A stretch of DNA of 64,000 bases, taken from positions 120,964,001 through 121,028,000 of the forward strand of contig NW_024704742.1 in NCBI RefSeq assembly GCF_018977255.1. The letters are read 5' to 3'. The stretch is from Callorhinchus milii (taxonomy: Eukaryota). The notes below the pieces were generated by a model, which saw only the letters and a program-made list of their open reading frames with translations, was not told where the DNA came from and searched no databases. A program made the position numbers and the translations under genes. Of this stretch, positions 38,180 through 51,020 are shown piece after piece (position 1 is the first letter of the stretch; each line of letters begins with the position of its first letter).

Positions 38180-38950
38180 ACAGATGGGTTTATGGACTTT
38201 AAAAAGGTGTTTGACAAAATTGTTGGTAAAATTGAAGCCCATGGGATTAAGGGAACGGTGGCAGCATGGATCTAAAACAGGCTGGGCGACAGAAAGCAAA
38301 GAGTAGCTATGAATGTTTGTTTTTCAGACTGGATGGAGGTATACAGTGGTGTCCCTAAGGGTTGGTATTAGGACCACTGCTTCTTTTAATATATATTAAT
38401 GACCTGGACTTGGGTGTAGAGGGCAACATTTTAAAGTTTGCAGATCACACAAAACTTCTACTAAACAAGGAAATGTAGTACAGCACCTTGGGACGTCCTC
38501 CCGACATGAAAGACACTATACAAATGTAATCTTGTTGTTGTAAACAGTAGGGAGGATAGTAGCAACTGCAGGAGGACATAGGCAAGCTGGTGAAATGGGC
38601 AGACACATAACAGAGGGGAGATTTAACTGAGGTGTTCAAAATTAGGGAGAAACTGTTTCCTCTGTTGGTAACCAGACGACACAGATTTAAGATAATTGGC
38701 AAAAGAACTAGAGGGAGACCAAGAGAAAATGTTTTACCCAGAGAGTTGTTACAGTCTGGAATGCACTGCCTGAAAGGGTGGTGGAAGCAGATTTGTTAGT
38801 AGCTTTCAAAAGGGAATTGGATAGGCACTTAAAAAGAAAACATTTGCAGGCAATGGGGGTAAGAGTGGGGGAGTGTAACTACTTGGTAGTTCTTTCAAAG
38901 AGCCTGCACAGGCACAAAGGGCCGAATGGCCTCCTTCTGTGCTGTAAGAA
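38180..38950 (+). mobile_element. CR1 RT and 3' end fragments, with a short L2 tail inserted at about 38480-38540
   Basis: MDFKKVFDK, SGVP, KFADHTKL, VWNALPERVVEA...FKRELDRHL; gggccgaatggcct 3'UTR. Confidence 0.8.
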
Positions 38951-39501
38951 TTTTAAAAATCTACTTCCTTATGTTGAGGAAGTGGATTTGTGAAGTAAAG
39001 TTCCAGAAACATAATCAGCCATATAGTTAGATGAATGCAAACACAATTTCTCCTACAGACTTGTAATTATGAAGTTAGCTTGATTTAATTTCTCTCTATA
39101 CTATGCTTTTCCTTCATTACATGTACTTCATTGCAAAGGTGTAATTATTTTTGAAATGCAAGTCTAAAAACAAAATTGAATTGCATGCTGAAAGTGCTCA
39201 TATGATCTATGAATACATAGGACAAGCATTTATAACTAGAATTCATTTTGCTCCTTGCACTTTTGCTTATTTTTTTCCCTCCCAGTGTACTTTGTTTTCC
39301 ACCCAGGGCTTTTCTCTGGCACTTTATTTCTGGCTGATGGGAAGTTTCAAATTACTAGCTGTTCTACCCTATGATTGTATGTTCACTAGAAAAAATGGAT
39401 CAAATCACCCAAGTGCATTTCATTAAAAAACATCAGAGTGGAGGCTTTTAGCTGCATTGAACCAGATAGTAAGATAGTGCTGCAATTCAAAATACGATTA
39501 G

Positions 39502-40065
39502 GTGTCAGCCTGGCTGAATTGGGAGCATTCTGAGTCAGAAGTTTGTAGTTTCAAGCCCCACATCAAGATTTTGAACTTGCATAATCTCGACTGACCCTTC
39601 AAAGTAGCGTTGGGGATGCTTGGCAATGCTAAAGGTGCCGTCCATAGAATGACACACAAAAGAAGGCCATTCGTCCCATCGTGTCTGTGCTGGACCCCTC
39701 AAGAGCAAACCTAGATTTATATGATTAGCATTACTTGTTTGCTTGTATATTGTATGCTGCCATTGATAAATTTAACATTAGTTCTGAGATTTATGTCCTT
39801 CTGACATTGATCTGTTATCCTGTCTGTCTGTTAACTGGACATTAAACCTCCCATGGAACTATTCAAAAAGTGAAGGGAGTTTCTCCCAGTGTCCTGGTCA
39901 ACAATCTCCCAATTAAAATTGGTCATTCGTTTCATGGATGATTGTAGGACACTACTGTATGCAAACTGGCTTGCCCACAAAATACACTTTACAGTATATC
40001 CTGAGAAGCACTTTGAGACATCTCAAAAATGATAAGGCACTATATCCAATGCAAGGATTATTACT
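39502..40065 (+). mobile_element. Old SacSINE/Deu-like SINE with an internal insertion
   Basis: Head gtgtcagcctggct, body gaagggagtttctcccagtgtcctgg, SINE tail. Confidence 0.6.
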
Positions 40066-40141
40066 ATAATTATAGTATAGAATTTAAATAATTAAAGTAA
40101 ATTAGTTCATCTGAAAATAGAAAATGCTTTTGAAAACATAC

Positions 40142-40268
40142 CACCAGGTCTTGGTCCTGCATCAGATTAAGGATGGCCTCATACAGCATTGGCCTCAATT
40201 CAGATTTAAACTTTACGGAAATCCACTGTCCAATCAACCAAATCACCCTTCGGCGAATAAGTTTGTAT
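40142..40268 (-). CDS. IPO11: IPO11 exon, 127 nt: (R)YKLIRRRVIWLIGQWISVKFKSELRPMLYEAILNLMQDQDLV
   Basis: Acceptor ttattactatag, donor gtatgt; phase 2-0. Confidence 0.97.
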
Positions 40269-40646
40269 CTATAGTAATAAAAGGGAAAAAAACAATTCTT
40301 TACATTGATTTAATTTTTACTTAGAGAAGTGCTACAATAAGACAAAGTTTTCTTGAATAAATACCTCTCTAACTACTAATAAAAGCTAGTCAGATACAAT
40401 GATTTACACTGCTTTTCAAATCTAAGTTCTTTACCATAGTGGTGCATGTTCATACATTCATTCTGAGGTGGTAAAACATTAACAACTTACACAAGAGTTC
40501 ACTTCTTACTGTACAACCTGAACAATGGGTAGATACCCCACAATCTTATTAAGCTCCTTGTTAGAGTGCAGGTTCACTTTTTAATCTAGGTGTTATGTGA
40601 ACCCACTGGAAATGGGTCTAGCGTGGATCAGCCCTCTTACCTCATT

Positions 40647-40840
40647 AAAAAATGGCCAAATTCCAGGTTATCAGGTCGCTGTCATCACATCTTATGCATT
40701 GTTCATGTGAGCAGGAAGTGACACTGGCGTTCCTTCCTTCCCGCAGAAAGTAATATCAGCCGCACTTCCTGCTCATAGCAAGCAAGACACACAAAGTGAC
40801 GTCAGTGGTGATCAGACAACTCAGAAGTCGGCCATTTTTT
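40647..40840. mobile_element. Diverged palindromic MITE-like element
   Basis: aaaaaatggcc...ggccatttttt termini; internal tgagcaggaagtg/cacttcctgctca about the same centre. Confidence 0.6.
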
Positions 40841-41764
40841 GTGCGCAATTGGCTGCTGCGTTTCGCCCACAAAATTTAAAGTCAATTCATTTTACAGTAT
40901 ATTCTGTGAAGCGCTTTGAAACGTCTCGAAGATGTGATAAGTTACTACATCAAATGCAAGGAATATTATTATTTTTCATGCCTTGTTATAACCCAGCATC
41001 AAAGATTCTGATCCCAGGTAACTGTGCTGTATTGCCTTCCAGACAATTATATTGTTTTAAAAAGGGGTAAACAATAAAAAAAACTCCTTTTGCTTTAAAA
41101 CACTGCACAATGGATTAATTCTTTCTTTTACAAAAATAATGATTAACTGGTCTTATATGAAAAAGTGAATTATAAGCAAATTAATTTACCCAACAACAAC
41201 CACTGTATAGTACCTAAAAACATTTTATAATATTCTGCGGACTTGCTCAAACTTTTTGATAGGTTTAAAGGAGCAGATGTGAACTCTCAATATTATTATA
41301 AGTGCAGTTGAGCATTTTGTTTCCTTTTTATCCCAATTGCAATTTTGTAAAGAACTCCTAAATTCACTTTAAGCAAAGAAAAAGGAAGCCAAAGGGTAAG
41401 AGTAATTGAAGTACTTTAAGTTATAATTCAGTGTCAAAATTACACATGTGGAACTTCTTCCAAGTAGGTACAATCAGCGGCGAATGATTAAGATCACAGC
41501 TTAGGGTAGCACTAAACCATACAAGCTGTGCTTCCTGGTGTAACCCTGCAAGCCAAAAGGGTGTAGGGTGCCCTAGCTGGACAGGCAGCAGGAAGCTGGC
41601 CAGATAGTGCTTTCAATGGCAAGCTATGAGATTTTAGCTGGTTATATTCCAGCAGTACCCCGTCACACTCTCTGGGATTCCCAAGCCTTGGCTCCTGCCA
41701 ATATGTACATCATACACTCCAAAATTAGGTAAGCAGGATACTCTTTCCAGGGAAAGAATGCACA

Positions 41765-42125
41765 TTCCATAGAATCATACAGCACAAAAAGAGGCCATTC
41801 GGCCCATCGAGTTTGTGCCGGTTCTTTCAACAGAGCAATTAATGTCAATCCCACTCCCCAGCCCTTTCCCCAAAGCCTGCAAACCCGTCCTCCTCAAATA
41901 TCCATCCACCACGTTTTTAAAAGTAGTTATTGAATCGGCCTCCACCACCCTTTCAGGCAATGCGTTCCAGATTCGAACAACTCGTGTGAAAAAATTTCTT
42001 CTCACTTCCCCTCTGCTTCTTTTAGATACTATTTTGAATCTGTGACCTCGAGTCACCGACACACCCACCAGTGGAAACAGTTTTTCCCTTTCTAACCTAT
42101 CAAATCCCCTCATGATTTTGAAGAC
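41765..42125 (-). mobile_element. CR1 3' end
   Basis: IEVFKIMRGFDRL...TRGHRFKI...RNFFTRVVRIWNALP; 3'UTR with ttctatg-type repeat. Confidence 0.88.
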
Positions 42126-42134
42126 TTCTATGGG

Positions 42135-42730
42135 AACTCTCTCCTCGCCGGCCTTCCCGGCACCTCCCTCCACAAGCTGCAGGTCATTCAGAACTCTGCA
42201 GCTCGTGCCGTGTACTGTCCCGCACCAGGCTTCGGGACCACATCACTCCCACCCTCGCTCGCCTCCACTGGCTCCCCATCCCCCAGAGGATCGAATTCAA
42301 GATCCTCATCCTCACCTACAAGGCCATTCACGGCCTTGCTCCCTCCTACCTCTCCGATCTACTATCCCCCTACTTACCTGACCGTACCGTCCGTTCCTCT
42401 GGCTCCAGTCTGCTCCACATCCCCCGCCCCAACCACCCTACCATCGGTGGCCGGGCCTTCAGCCTCTCAGCCCCCAGGCTCTGGAACTCTATCCCCCAGT
42501 GCCTTCGCCGCCTCCTCCCTTTCCTCCTTCAAGGCCAGTCTCAAGACCTTTCTCTTTGACCGTGCCTTCAGCTCCCCTCTCGACTCTCTTCCCCCTCCTC
42601 GCTCCCTTCCTTCCCTCCCCTCACCCTGACCATTTCCCCCCTGCTCAGTTCCTGACCCAACTGTACAGCGCCTTGGGATGTCCTCCCAACGTGAAAGGTG
42701 CTCTATAAATGGAATCTTGTTGTTGTTGTT
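42135..42730 (+). mobile_element. L2 3' portion
   Basis: LHWLPIPQRIEFKILILTYKA; (gtt)n tail. Confidence 0.9.
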
Positions 42731-42950
42731 TTTGTGCAGGGGAGTCACATTGGCCACTCTCCAGTCCTCTGGCAACACTCCTGTGTCCAACGAAGATTGA
42801 AAAATTGTAGCCAAAGCCTCCGCTATTTGTACCCGTGCCTCCCATAGTAACCTTGGTTGCATCCCGTCCGGACCGGGTGACTTATCTACCTTCAGCGCAG
42901 TCAACCTTTTCAGTACTTCCTCTCTGTTTATACTTATCCTATCCATTTCC
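42731..42950 (-). mobile_element. CR1 ORF2 fragment (pre-RT region)
   Basis: LKVDKSPGPDGMQPRLL...PEDWRVANVTPLHK. Confidence 0.88.
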
Positions 42951-43329
42951 TCTACTCCATGTCTGGTATGGAGATAATAATAATAATAATTTGGTCACTC
43001 AATCCACGACTGTTTGTGGGACACTGCTGAGTGCAATTGGCTGCCACATTTCTCCCACAAAATATACAGTCAATTGACTTGACAGTACATGTTATGAAGC
43101 ACTTTGAGACATCTTGAAGATGTGATAAGGTGCTATATGAAATGCAAGGAATATATGTCTAAGTAGCATACATGTGTGGAATTCTAAGCGTGGTTTGGAT
43201 ATGCAAGTATGGTGATGGGTTCCATGTGTTAAGACTCCCAATCTATACTGATTAGCATTTATAACAGTAGAGAGGGGGGAATAATTAAGACCATGAATAA
43301 AAAGTGCATATCTGTAGGTTGTCAGATGT

Positions 43330-43582
43330 GAACAGGGTCAGGTACAGGACCAATGCCTTTCAATGAACTCACTACCCCAAAGGGCTGTTGACGCTCAGTC
43401 CTTGAACATATTCAAGACTGAGTTAGATAGATTTCTTATTGCAAAAGGGATTAAGGGATATGGGGATAAGGCAGGATTAGGTTATTAGCTGGAGTTAGAT
43501 TAGAAGATCAGCCATGATTGAATGGTGGGGCAGACTCGAAGAGCCGAATGGCCTACTCCTGCTCCTACATGTTATGTTATGT
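43330..43582 (+). mobile_element. CR1 3' end
   Basis: IFKTELDRFL peptide; gccgaatggcctactcctgctcc 3'UTR. Confidence 0.75.
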
Positions 43583-43709
43583 TAATGCTGAATGGTCTGC
43601 CAACACTAACAGTCCAGATCACACATCAAATATGAAGAGTTGACAAACTTACAGAACAGTATTCCCGAAAAAGTTAGCACTTTCAGAAAGGAGGGATGAT
43701 AGATGAGGA

Positions 43710-44037
43710 AATAATAATAATAATAATAATCCTTGCATTTGATATAGCGCTTTTCACGTCGGGAGGACGTCCTAAAACGCTTCACAGAACACACTGTAAA
43801 GTGAATTGACTGTATATTTGTGGGCGAACGCGGCAGCTAATTGCGCACAGCAATGTCCCACAAACAGTTTTGGATTGAAAATGACAAATTTATTATTGTT
43901 TTGGGTTTTGGAGGGATTATTATTAGGAGTGTGGAGTAAGGAAACTTGCCCAAGGCTTCGCCCTGCCTGGGACTGAACTCAGGTCTCTCTCTCGCTTGCA
44001 AAGCGAGTGTTCTAACCACTGAGCTACAGGACTCCAC
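43710..44037 (-). mobile_element. Full-length young Deu-type SINE
   Basis: Head, core, tail and (aat)n. Confidence 0.92.
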
Positions 44038-44224
44038 AAATCTTGGCAAAGGTGAGGCATATCACAAGATTGGTTTGGATAAAGAAAGGTCTTCCTTCCA
44101 GAATATCCACCTTACCATCCTCCTACTGCAGCAACAAACTGTTTTTTATTTTAAATTAGTCCAGCATCCTGGACTCAACCACTCTTTCTGGCAACCTATT
44201 CCAGTCATGAGTTACCTTAGCTAG

Positions 44225-44985
44225 AAATTAGCTAGAAATGCTAGCCAAAAAAAGACCAAGGTCCATCTAGTTCACCTTCCAGGCGGTCTACCTATGTACT
44301 ATATCCCATCATGTTACTTCCTAAAAGAAAACGATCCAATCTGTGTTTGAAAGAATCAACACTTCCTGTTTCAACCATCTCCCTAGGGAGCCTGTTCCAC
44401 AGGTTCACTATTTGCTCACTGAAATAGTGTTTGGTAGATTCGTTCTGAATTTACCCCCCTTCATTTGCAGGCCATGATCTCTGGTTTTACTATTCTGGAC
44501 AAGTTGAAACAGCCTGTGATGAGCCCTGTAGCTCAGTGGTTAGAGCACTCGCTTTGCAAGTGAGAGACCTGAGTTCAATCCCAGGCAGTTTCCTTACTCC
44601 ACACGCCTAATAATAATCCCTCCAAAAACAATAATAAATTGGTCATTTTCAATCTACGACTGTTTGTGGGACATTGCTGTGCGCAATTGGCTGCCGCGTT
44701 CGCCCACAAATATACAGTCAATTCACTTTACAGTGTGTTCTGTGAAGCGCTTTGGGATGTCCTCCTGACATGAAAAGCGCTATATCAAACGCAAGGATTA
44801 TTATTATTATTGTTATTATTATTATTTATACTGTCTGGCCCATCTAGAATCTTAAAGACAGCAATCATGTCGCCTCTCAATCTTTTCATTTCCAGAGTGA
44901 ACATGCCCAATTTACTTAGTCTCTCCTCATAGTCCAGTCCTTCCATTCCCTCAATCATTTTGGTTGCCCTCCTCTTATAGGCAAA
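44225..44985 (-). mobile_element. CR1 3' fragment split by the SINE at 44520
   Basis: RRATKMIEGMEGLDYEERLSKLGMFTLE...RGDMIAVFKIL. Confidence 0.8.
44520..44827 (+). mobile_element. Full-length young Deu-type SINE
   Basis: Head, core and tail present. Confidence 0.9.
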
Positions 44986-45379
44986 AAACGTGTCAACATT
45001 TGTCAACTAACAACATCTGTCAATAAGGCAGCAAACATTGCAGTTTGTTTTGTTTTTTNCCATTACTCTCTGAGAAATTACTTATCTTACTATAATAAAA
45101 CTTATCTTCTAATTCTTCTTCACCCCAACTACCAAGCTCTGATCATAAGCTAAATATACCACAAAAGAGACACTACTCTCCTAGGTCCTAATCACTCGAT
45201 ATCATAACATGTTAATGCAATAATACTGTGCCTCGGGTCATAAAATCTTCATTCTAAATGATTCTCTCCTAATAACTGGATACAATAATCGAATGTACAG
45301 CAGCCTAGTATGAACATATCCAGCTTTTTTTTAATGTTATTCAACAAAGCATTAATGTCCTTTCTGGAAGCCTACTTCA

Positions 45380-45552
45380 CAGATGTTGATGTTATATACA
45401 TGGACTTTAAAAAGCTGTTTGACAAAGAGCCACAAAATAGACCTGTTAGAAAATTGAAGCCAATGGGATTCAGGGAACAGTGGCAACATGGATCTGAAAT
45501 TGGCTGGGAAACAGAAAGCAGAGGGCAGTGGTGAATGTTTGTTCTTCAGACT
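45380..45552 (+). mobile_element. CR1 RT fragment
   Basis: VDVIYMDFKKLFDK. Confidence 0.75.
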
Positions 45553-46289
45553 ATATTATTTAGAAGCTATACTTCTTCATAATGCTAGTTTAATTTAAAA
45601 ATACTGAATCCTCATATAATAATAATCCTTGCATTTGATAATCACATTTGATAATCGCATTTGCCTAATCACATCGTCGAGACGTCTCAAAGAGCTTCAC
45701 AGAAAATACTGTAAAGTGTAGTGACTGTGTGTTTTGTGGGCAAAAACATAGTCTTCAGAATATATATAAATAAATCACATGCATGTTCAAACAAATTTCT
45801 GACACAAGCACATAAATATAATGTACTAAATCATATTCTTGCTTCCAAATTAAAATGTTACATCAATTAATCTGTTGTTTACACATTAGAAACACCTCAA
45901 CCCGAAACATGTTCAATCCTCTGACAATCATCACTTAAGATATCAGCAGAATTGGTTATTTTTTTCTGTTTTAATTTGGATAGAAAGATTGAATTAAAAT
46001 ATTAATGCACATATTTTTACTCTTTCTATTTTATCTTCATTTTATAGAAATCTCAATCCAATTATAAAATATATTGGGCTGAGAGCTTTCGTGCATACCT
46101 GTGAAAATCCTTCTAATGGGGATCTAATTATGGTGGTTTCCTAACAGGATTCCTTGATAAGGAATTCCTAGTAGAATTCCCATTATCCCTTGGGAACACC
46201 ATACCAGTTACCAAAAGAGGTTCTCATTTGTACAACTCTGATTCCTTGCTTAATCTATCCATGTCTCTTTGACAGGCCAAAAAAGCATA

Positions 46290-47095
46290 GAAACAGACAG
46301 ATTAAGCAAGTGGGTGGGCAGAACTATGGCAAGTAGAGTTTAACACAGCAAAGTGTGAGATTGTACACTTGGAAAAATAAGAGTGGTTTGAATCATGTTT
46401 TAAGTGATGAAGTACTACGAGGAGTAGATGAGCAGAGATCTAGGGATTAAATTCCATAGATCATTTAAATCTGGTTCTTAGGTGAAGAAAAGTGTCTATA
46501 CGGCAAATGGGATGCTGCCATTTATTACGAGGGTCTGTAATCTAAAAGTAAGGAGGTGTTTCTCCAGTTATATAGAGTGCTGGTAAGACCTCATTTGGAT
46601 TCCACATTCATTTTTGGGTGCCTTAGGAAAGATCTACTGGGCTTGGAGGGTGTTCATCAACGGGTTGCTAGATTAATACCTTGTCTGAAGGGAATGAGGA
46701 GATTGGGTAAATTAGCTTTGCATTCCTTAGGTTAAAGATTAAGCAGTGAGCATTAAATATAATTAAATAAATTGACAGGTTACATATTGGTTGTCTCTTC
46801 CCTTTTGTTTAGGGATCCATTAAAAGGAGACACAAGCTTAAAATTCAAACCAAATAATTTGATCTGAGCTTAGCAAAGATTTCTTTACAAAAGGTTGTGA
46901 CGATGTGGAATACTCTGCCCTGCAAAACTATAGAGATGGAATCAAGAGGAATTAAAAACAGAGACAGATACTTGGGTGATAGAGGTATCAAGCAGTGTGG
47001 TGACAGGACGTGACATTGGGAATAAAAGATCTGCCAAGATCTAACAAACCCATGGAACAGACTTGATGGACTCAATTGCCTGTTCCTGTTCCCCT
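46290..47095 (+). mobile_element. Old CR1 RT C-terminus and 3' end
   Basis: WAELWQVEFNTAKCEIVHL, LYRVLVRPHL, MWNTLP motifs. Confidence 0.8.
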
Positions 47096-47819
47096 AAGCT
47101 CCTCTCTTACTTATTAAGGAATCTCATGATGCAAACTACAACAAATTGGACCAACGTGGCATTTGGGCAAGGTTCTGAATGACGCTCATGGTACAGTATC
47201 CCAGCAGGAAGTCCCTTTCAGGACAGGAAGGAAGAAAATGGAAGCTTTTTTGAAAAAAAGCCAAACTAAATGCTCTGCGTATATCATCTATGAACAGGAT
47301 ATTTATACCATAAATGCACGTAATGGTTAAATAATGCAACATGCAAATTTAAAACATTAAATCTAAAAAAAATGCCATTACTATAAAATACAAATAAGCA
47401 GAACTGGAAACACATCGACAGAGAATAAAAATGATAGATGTGTGCATTCTTGATGATAAACTAATAACATGATCTGCGAATGAATGTTATTTCTTTGAGA
47501 AAACCAATTATGACAGTGTTATCTTCCACACATTGTTGTCACAGCATCCCGAGACTGTAGATATTGAAACTCTGACAGACACAATCCATTTCCCTCAGCT
47601 TGTTTATTCGCAACATTAATAAGAAATTAAGACTTCTCATAATAGAGATTTAGAATATTTAATATAGTTTCCTGAAATATCAGCTCCAACAATCATAAAA
47701 TGTACAGCATAGGAGTTAATTATTTAGTCCACTGAGTTTACGTTGATGTCTTAACAGAGCACTAATAATGTCCCATTCACACTGTACTTTGTGTCCAATT
47801 AACATTAAAAGTGACAAAT

Positions 47820-48190
47820 AACTGTCCTTTCTACCCCATGTCCTTGCCATTACCCGCTCTGCCTTCCCCAACTCTGCAACATCACCCGGTTCCGCCACTG
47901 CCTCACCCCTCAAGCCGCCGAAACCCTCATCCACGCATTCATCACATCTAGGCTCAACTACACCAACTCCCTCCTTGTCAGCCTTCCCAACTCTTCCCTT
48001 CACAAGCTGCAGATCATCCAGAACTCTGCAGCTCGTGTCCTCTCCCGCACCAGGCTCCGTGACCCCATCACCCCCATCCAGCTCCACGAGCTCCCATCCC
48101 CAGAGGATAGAATTCAAGATCCTCGTCCTCGCCTTCAAGGCCCTCCATGGCCTTGCCTCTTCCTACCTTTGCGACCTGCTGACCCCATAT
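47820..48190 (+). mobile_element. L2 fragment
   Basis: LIHAFITSRLNYTNSLL; PQRIEFKILVLAFKALHGLA. Confidence 0.85.
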
Positions 48191-49015
48191 CAACAACTTG
48201 CATTTATATTGCGCCTTTTAGGTAAGGTAATGTTTCAGAGTGTTTTACAAGGACAGGGTCAAACACTAAGCAAAAGGGGAGGGAAAAAGGCCATTGACAC
48301 ATTTGAAGAGATACATTTTAAGGAGGGCCTTGAAGAAAGATAAGAGAGGGAGCGAGACAGATGGGTAGAGGGAGTTCCAGAGGCTATGGGTGTAGGATCT
48401 GAAGACTCGGCTACACATCGTGGTGTAGAGAGACAGCTAAGGATACAAATAAGGTTGAGTAATATCGAAGCGATAAGTGCTAGCTTGAATATTCCTCCAA
48501 ATGGCACACATTTAAGTTCCCACTTACACACAAAAACAGCAAAGACAGGCCTTGAGCAGCCCTGATGCATTTAACAAAGGAACTTTTTGGAGCTTGACAA
48601 AAAGAAATAAACACTTTGTGATTTATTCTCAAGCTTATTGAAGCATGCAAAAAACAGAGATTCAGCAAAATTGTCTCAGTAAACAAGACTCCTAAGAGAG
48701 CGGCTGTCTCTCTTGATATCTAAACTAATCCATTGGCGATCTGTAACAGATCCTCAATTTCCTACAACAGTGTGTCTAAATTGGAGAGGGCAATACAGTG
48801 GCTTATATTTATGAAATAATTATAAAAACAGTGGTAACTGAACCCCATCAATATTTGTTTTCGTCAATAAAAAGCAGAAACATTTACTAAACTATCAATT
48901 AAAATAAAATTAATTTGCACAATTCTTGACTTGGATTTGTACATTTAAAAATAAAATGTACAAACGTCTAGCCTACAAGTATAGTATGCTTTAGTTACAT
49001 GCACCTGTAGACAAA

Positions 49016-49102
49016 GTTCTAGACATTGCATCAACTTATAACTCAGCCATTGAAGACAAGTCCAGCAATAGCTAAGTTATAAGTTGATGCAACTTCTAGA
49101 AC
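49016..49102. repeat. 87-bp palindrome (37-bp arms, 13-nt loop)
   Basis: 33 of 37 positions pair by Watson-Crick rules. Confidence 0.9.
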
Positions 49103-50418
49103 CAGAAGTCTAAGCCCAGTAGAGCCTCACTATATGTGGTAGTGGGGTAAACTAAATCCCAACCAAACTTATAATGGGGCCACAATAGCTGATCGGCAAT
49201 TCCACATTTGCTTCGCAAGGACACAACCAGCCAGCTTGTTTCCCGTGTTCTGGTTCCTCACTTATTCCTCCCAATAAATGCATCTAGCCCACTCCTGAAG
49301 TCATCGACTCGGTAATGGAGTCTGTCACTATTCACTAAGTGCATAACTTCCTGGAGCACTTTCTCTCTATTTTAAGGTCACTTTGTAATAGATGTTACCT
49401 CTGGAGGTCAGTGAATATCTGTCAGCCAGTAAGATTCAGGAGCTCTCAGTGATAAATATGACTTCTCTCAGACTTCAATCAATTAAGCATTTATTCATGG
49501 TTATCATCAGGCAATAGTCAAGTTAGCAAGACGTGAATATTACACTTCAGGTTTAAACATATTTCATTAATAAGCAAACTCTATCGAAGAATACTATTAT
49601 ACTCACACCTTTCTGCAAATCTCCCTTATTATATTTACCTTCAGGACAAGTCAAGGATGTTTGCCTCAGGTAGCAAACTCAGGCAATCTCTTCCACAAGG
49701 CAGTCTCTTGATCAGCAGGGGTTTAACACTCAGCATGATAGCTACCCCGATGTGTTGACCTCAATAGCTTTAGGCAGGTAGTTTATATAAGTATCAGTTG
49801 CATTGGTTTCCCTCAGCGCGCCAGATCACAGATTGGCTTAATTCTCATCTGTTGCATTTCCCCCGGGGAAGTGAATAGCTCTAATTGCTCCAGCTGCACT
49901 GGATGCGATACGTGCTCCAGGTTTCTCTGCACGTGTGGCAGCTATGTCTAACTTGCTTTAGGAAACCCCTCAACTGTGCTAACATTTGCTCTGGTTCAGA
50001 TTCCCTGCTAGTACCATATTCCAAGTCAGGACTATCCTCATTAGGATTTCCTGTCTCAAGGAGCAAGATAAGTTCAGCAGACGAGTTGTATGTTTACCAG
50101 GCATTCACATACACATTAAATGGGGTAGCTCCTAACTCAACTCTGCACATCAAGGCAAGCTCTCCATGAGTAATATCATAGGGCAGACGTGCACAGTTAC
50201 CCTGATAAATTCCAGAGAACAGAAACAGAATAGCTAAAAGCTCACGCACCAAACATGGGGCTGATCAGGTGGGGAGCATGAAGCAGGTTGGTGTTCACTG
50301 ATCAGAGGAAGAGGCGGGTCAGTAGAGTTGCATATAAATGTATGAAGCTTAAAGCACAGTAGTACCCCACTCTTCTTAAAAAAATAGAAAGCCCTATATT
50401 CAAATAGCAGTGTCTTAC

Positions 50419-50524
50419 CTGATGTGAGAAACATGCAACTCAGCCAGTAACTGGCTCTTAAACCACTGATCAAAGTCCACATTATCAAAAAGTTCGTAGG
50501 CCGCCAATCCAATTGCATTGTACA
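50419..50524 (-). CDS. IPO11: IPO11 exon, 106 nt: (V)YNAIGLAAYELFDNVDFDQWFKSQLLAELHVSHI(R)
   Basis: Acceptor ttattttgatag, donor gtaaga; phase 1-2. Confidence 0.96.
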
Positions 50525-50785
50525 CTATCAAAATAAGACATGAGAATTATTAGTTATACAAAGGGAACATTTCATGTAAAATAGTTTGCCTTCGACATTA
50601 AAAAACAAGAAATTGCTATTGCAATTTAACAGTGACATACACTAATCAGCTGAATGTTTAAAAGCCGTACCAAAAATCAAATCCTCCATTTTTTCTGGAC
50701 CATGTAAACCAAATCAGATTTTTTTTTAACTTCAAGAAGTTTATTCTGTAATGAATAAACGGATAGTTCTGGGGGTGCAGTCACA

Positions 50786-51020
50786 ATCCTTGCATTTATC
50801 ACATCTTTGAGATGTCCCAAAGCGCTTCACAGAATATACTGTAAAGTAAACTGACTGTATATTTTGTGAGCGAAACGCGGTAGCCAACTGCGCACAGCAG
50901 TGTCCCACAAACAATCGTGGATTCAAGTGACCAATCTTTTATGATTATTTTAAAAGGAATTATTACCCCAGAAAGTAATCCGCCAATCGACTAACAACCA
51001 GGTTCCTACTTGATGCTAGG
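50786..51020 (-). mobile_element. Deu-type SINE, partial
   Basis: Tail and core motifs. Confidence 0.75.

Noticed and set aside
45059..45059. Single N base
   Set aside because: Assembly ambiguity after a T run; not biological
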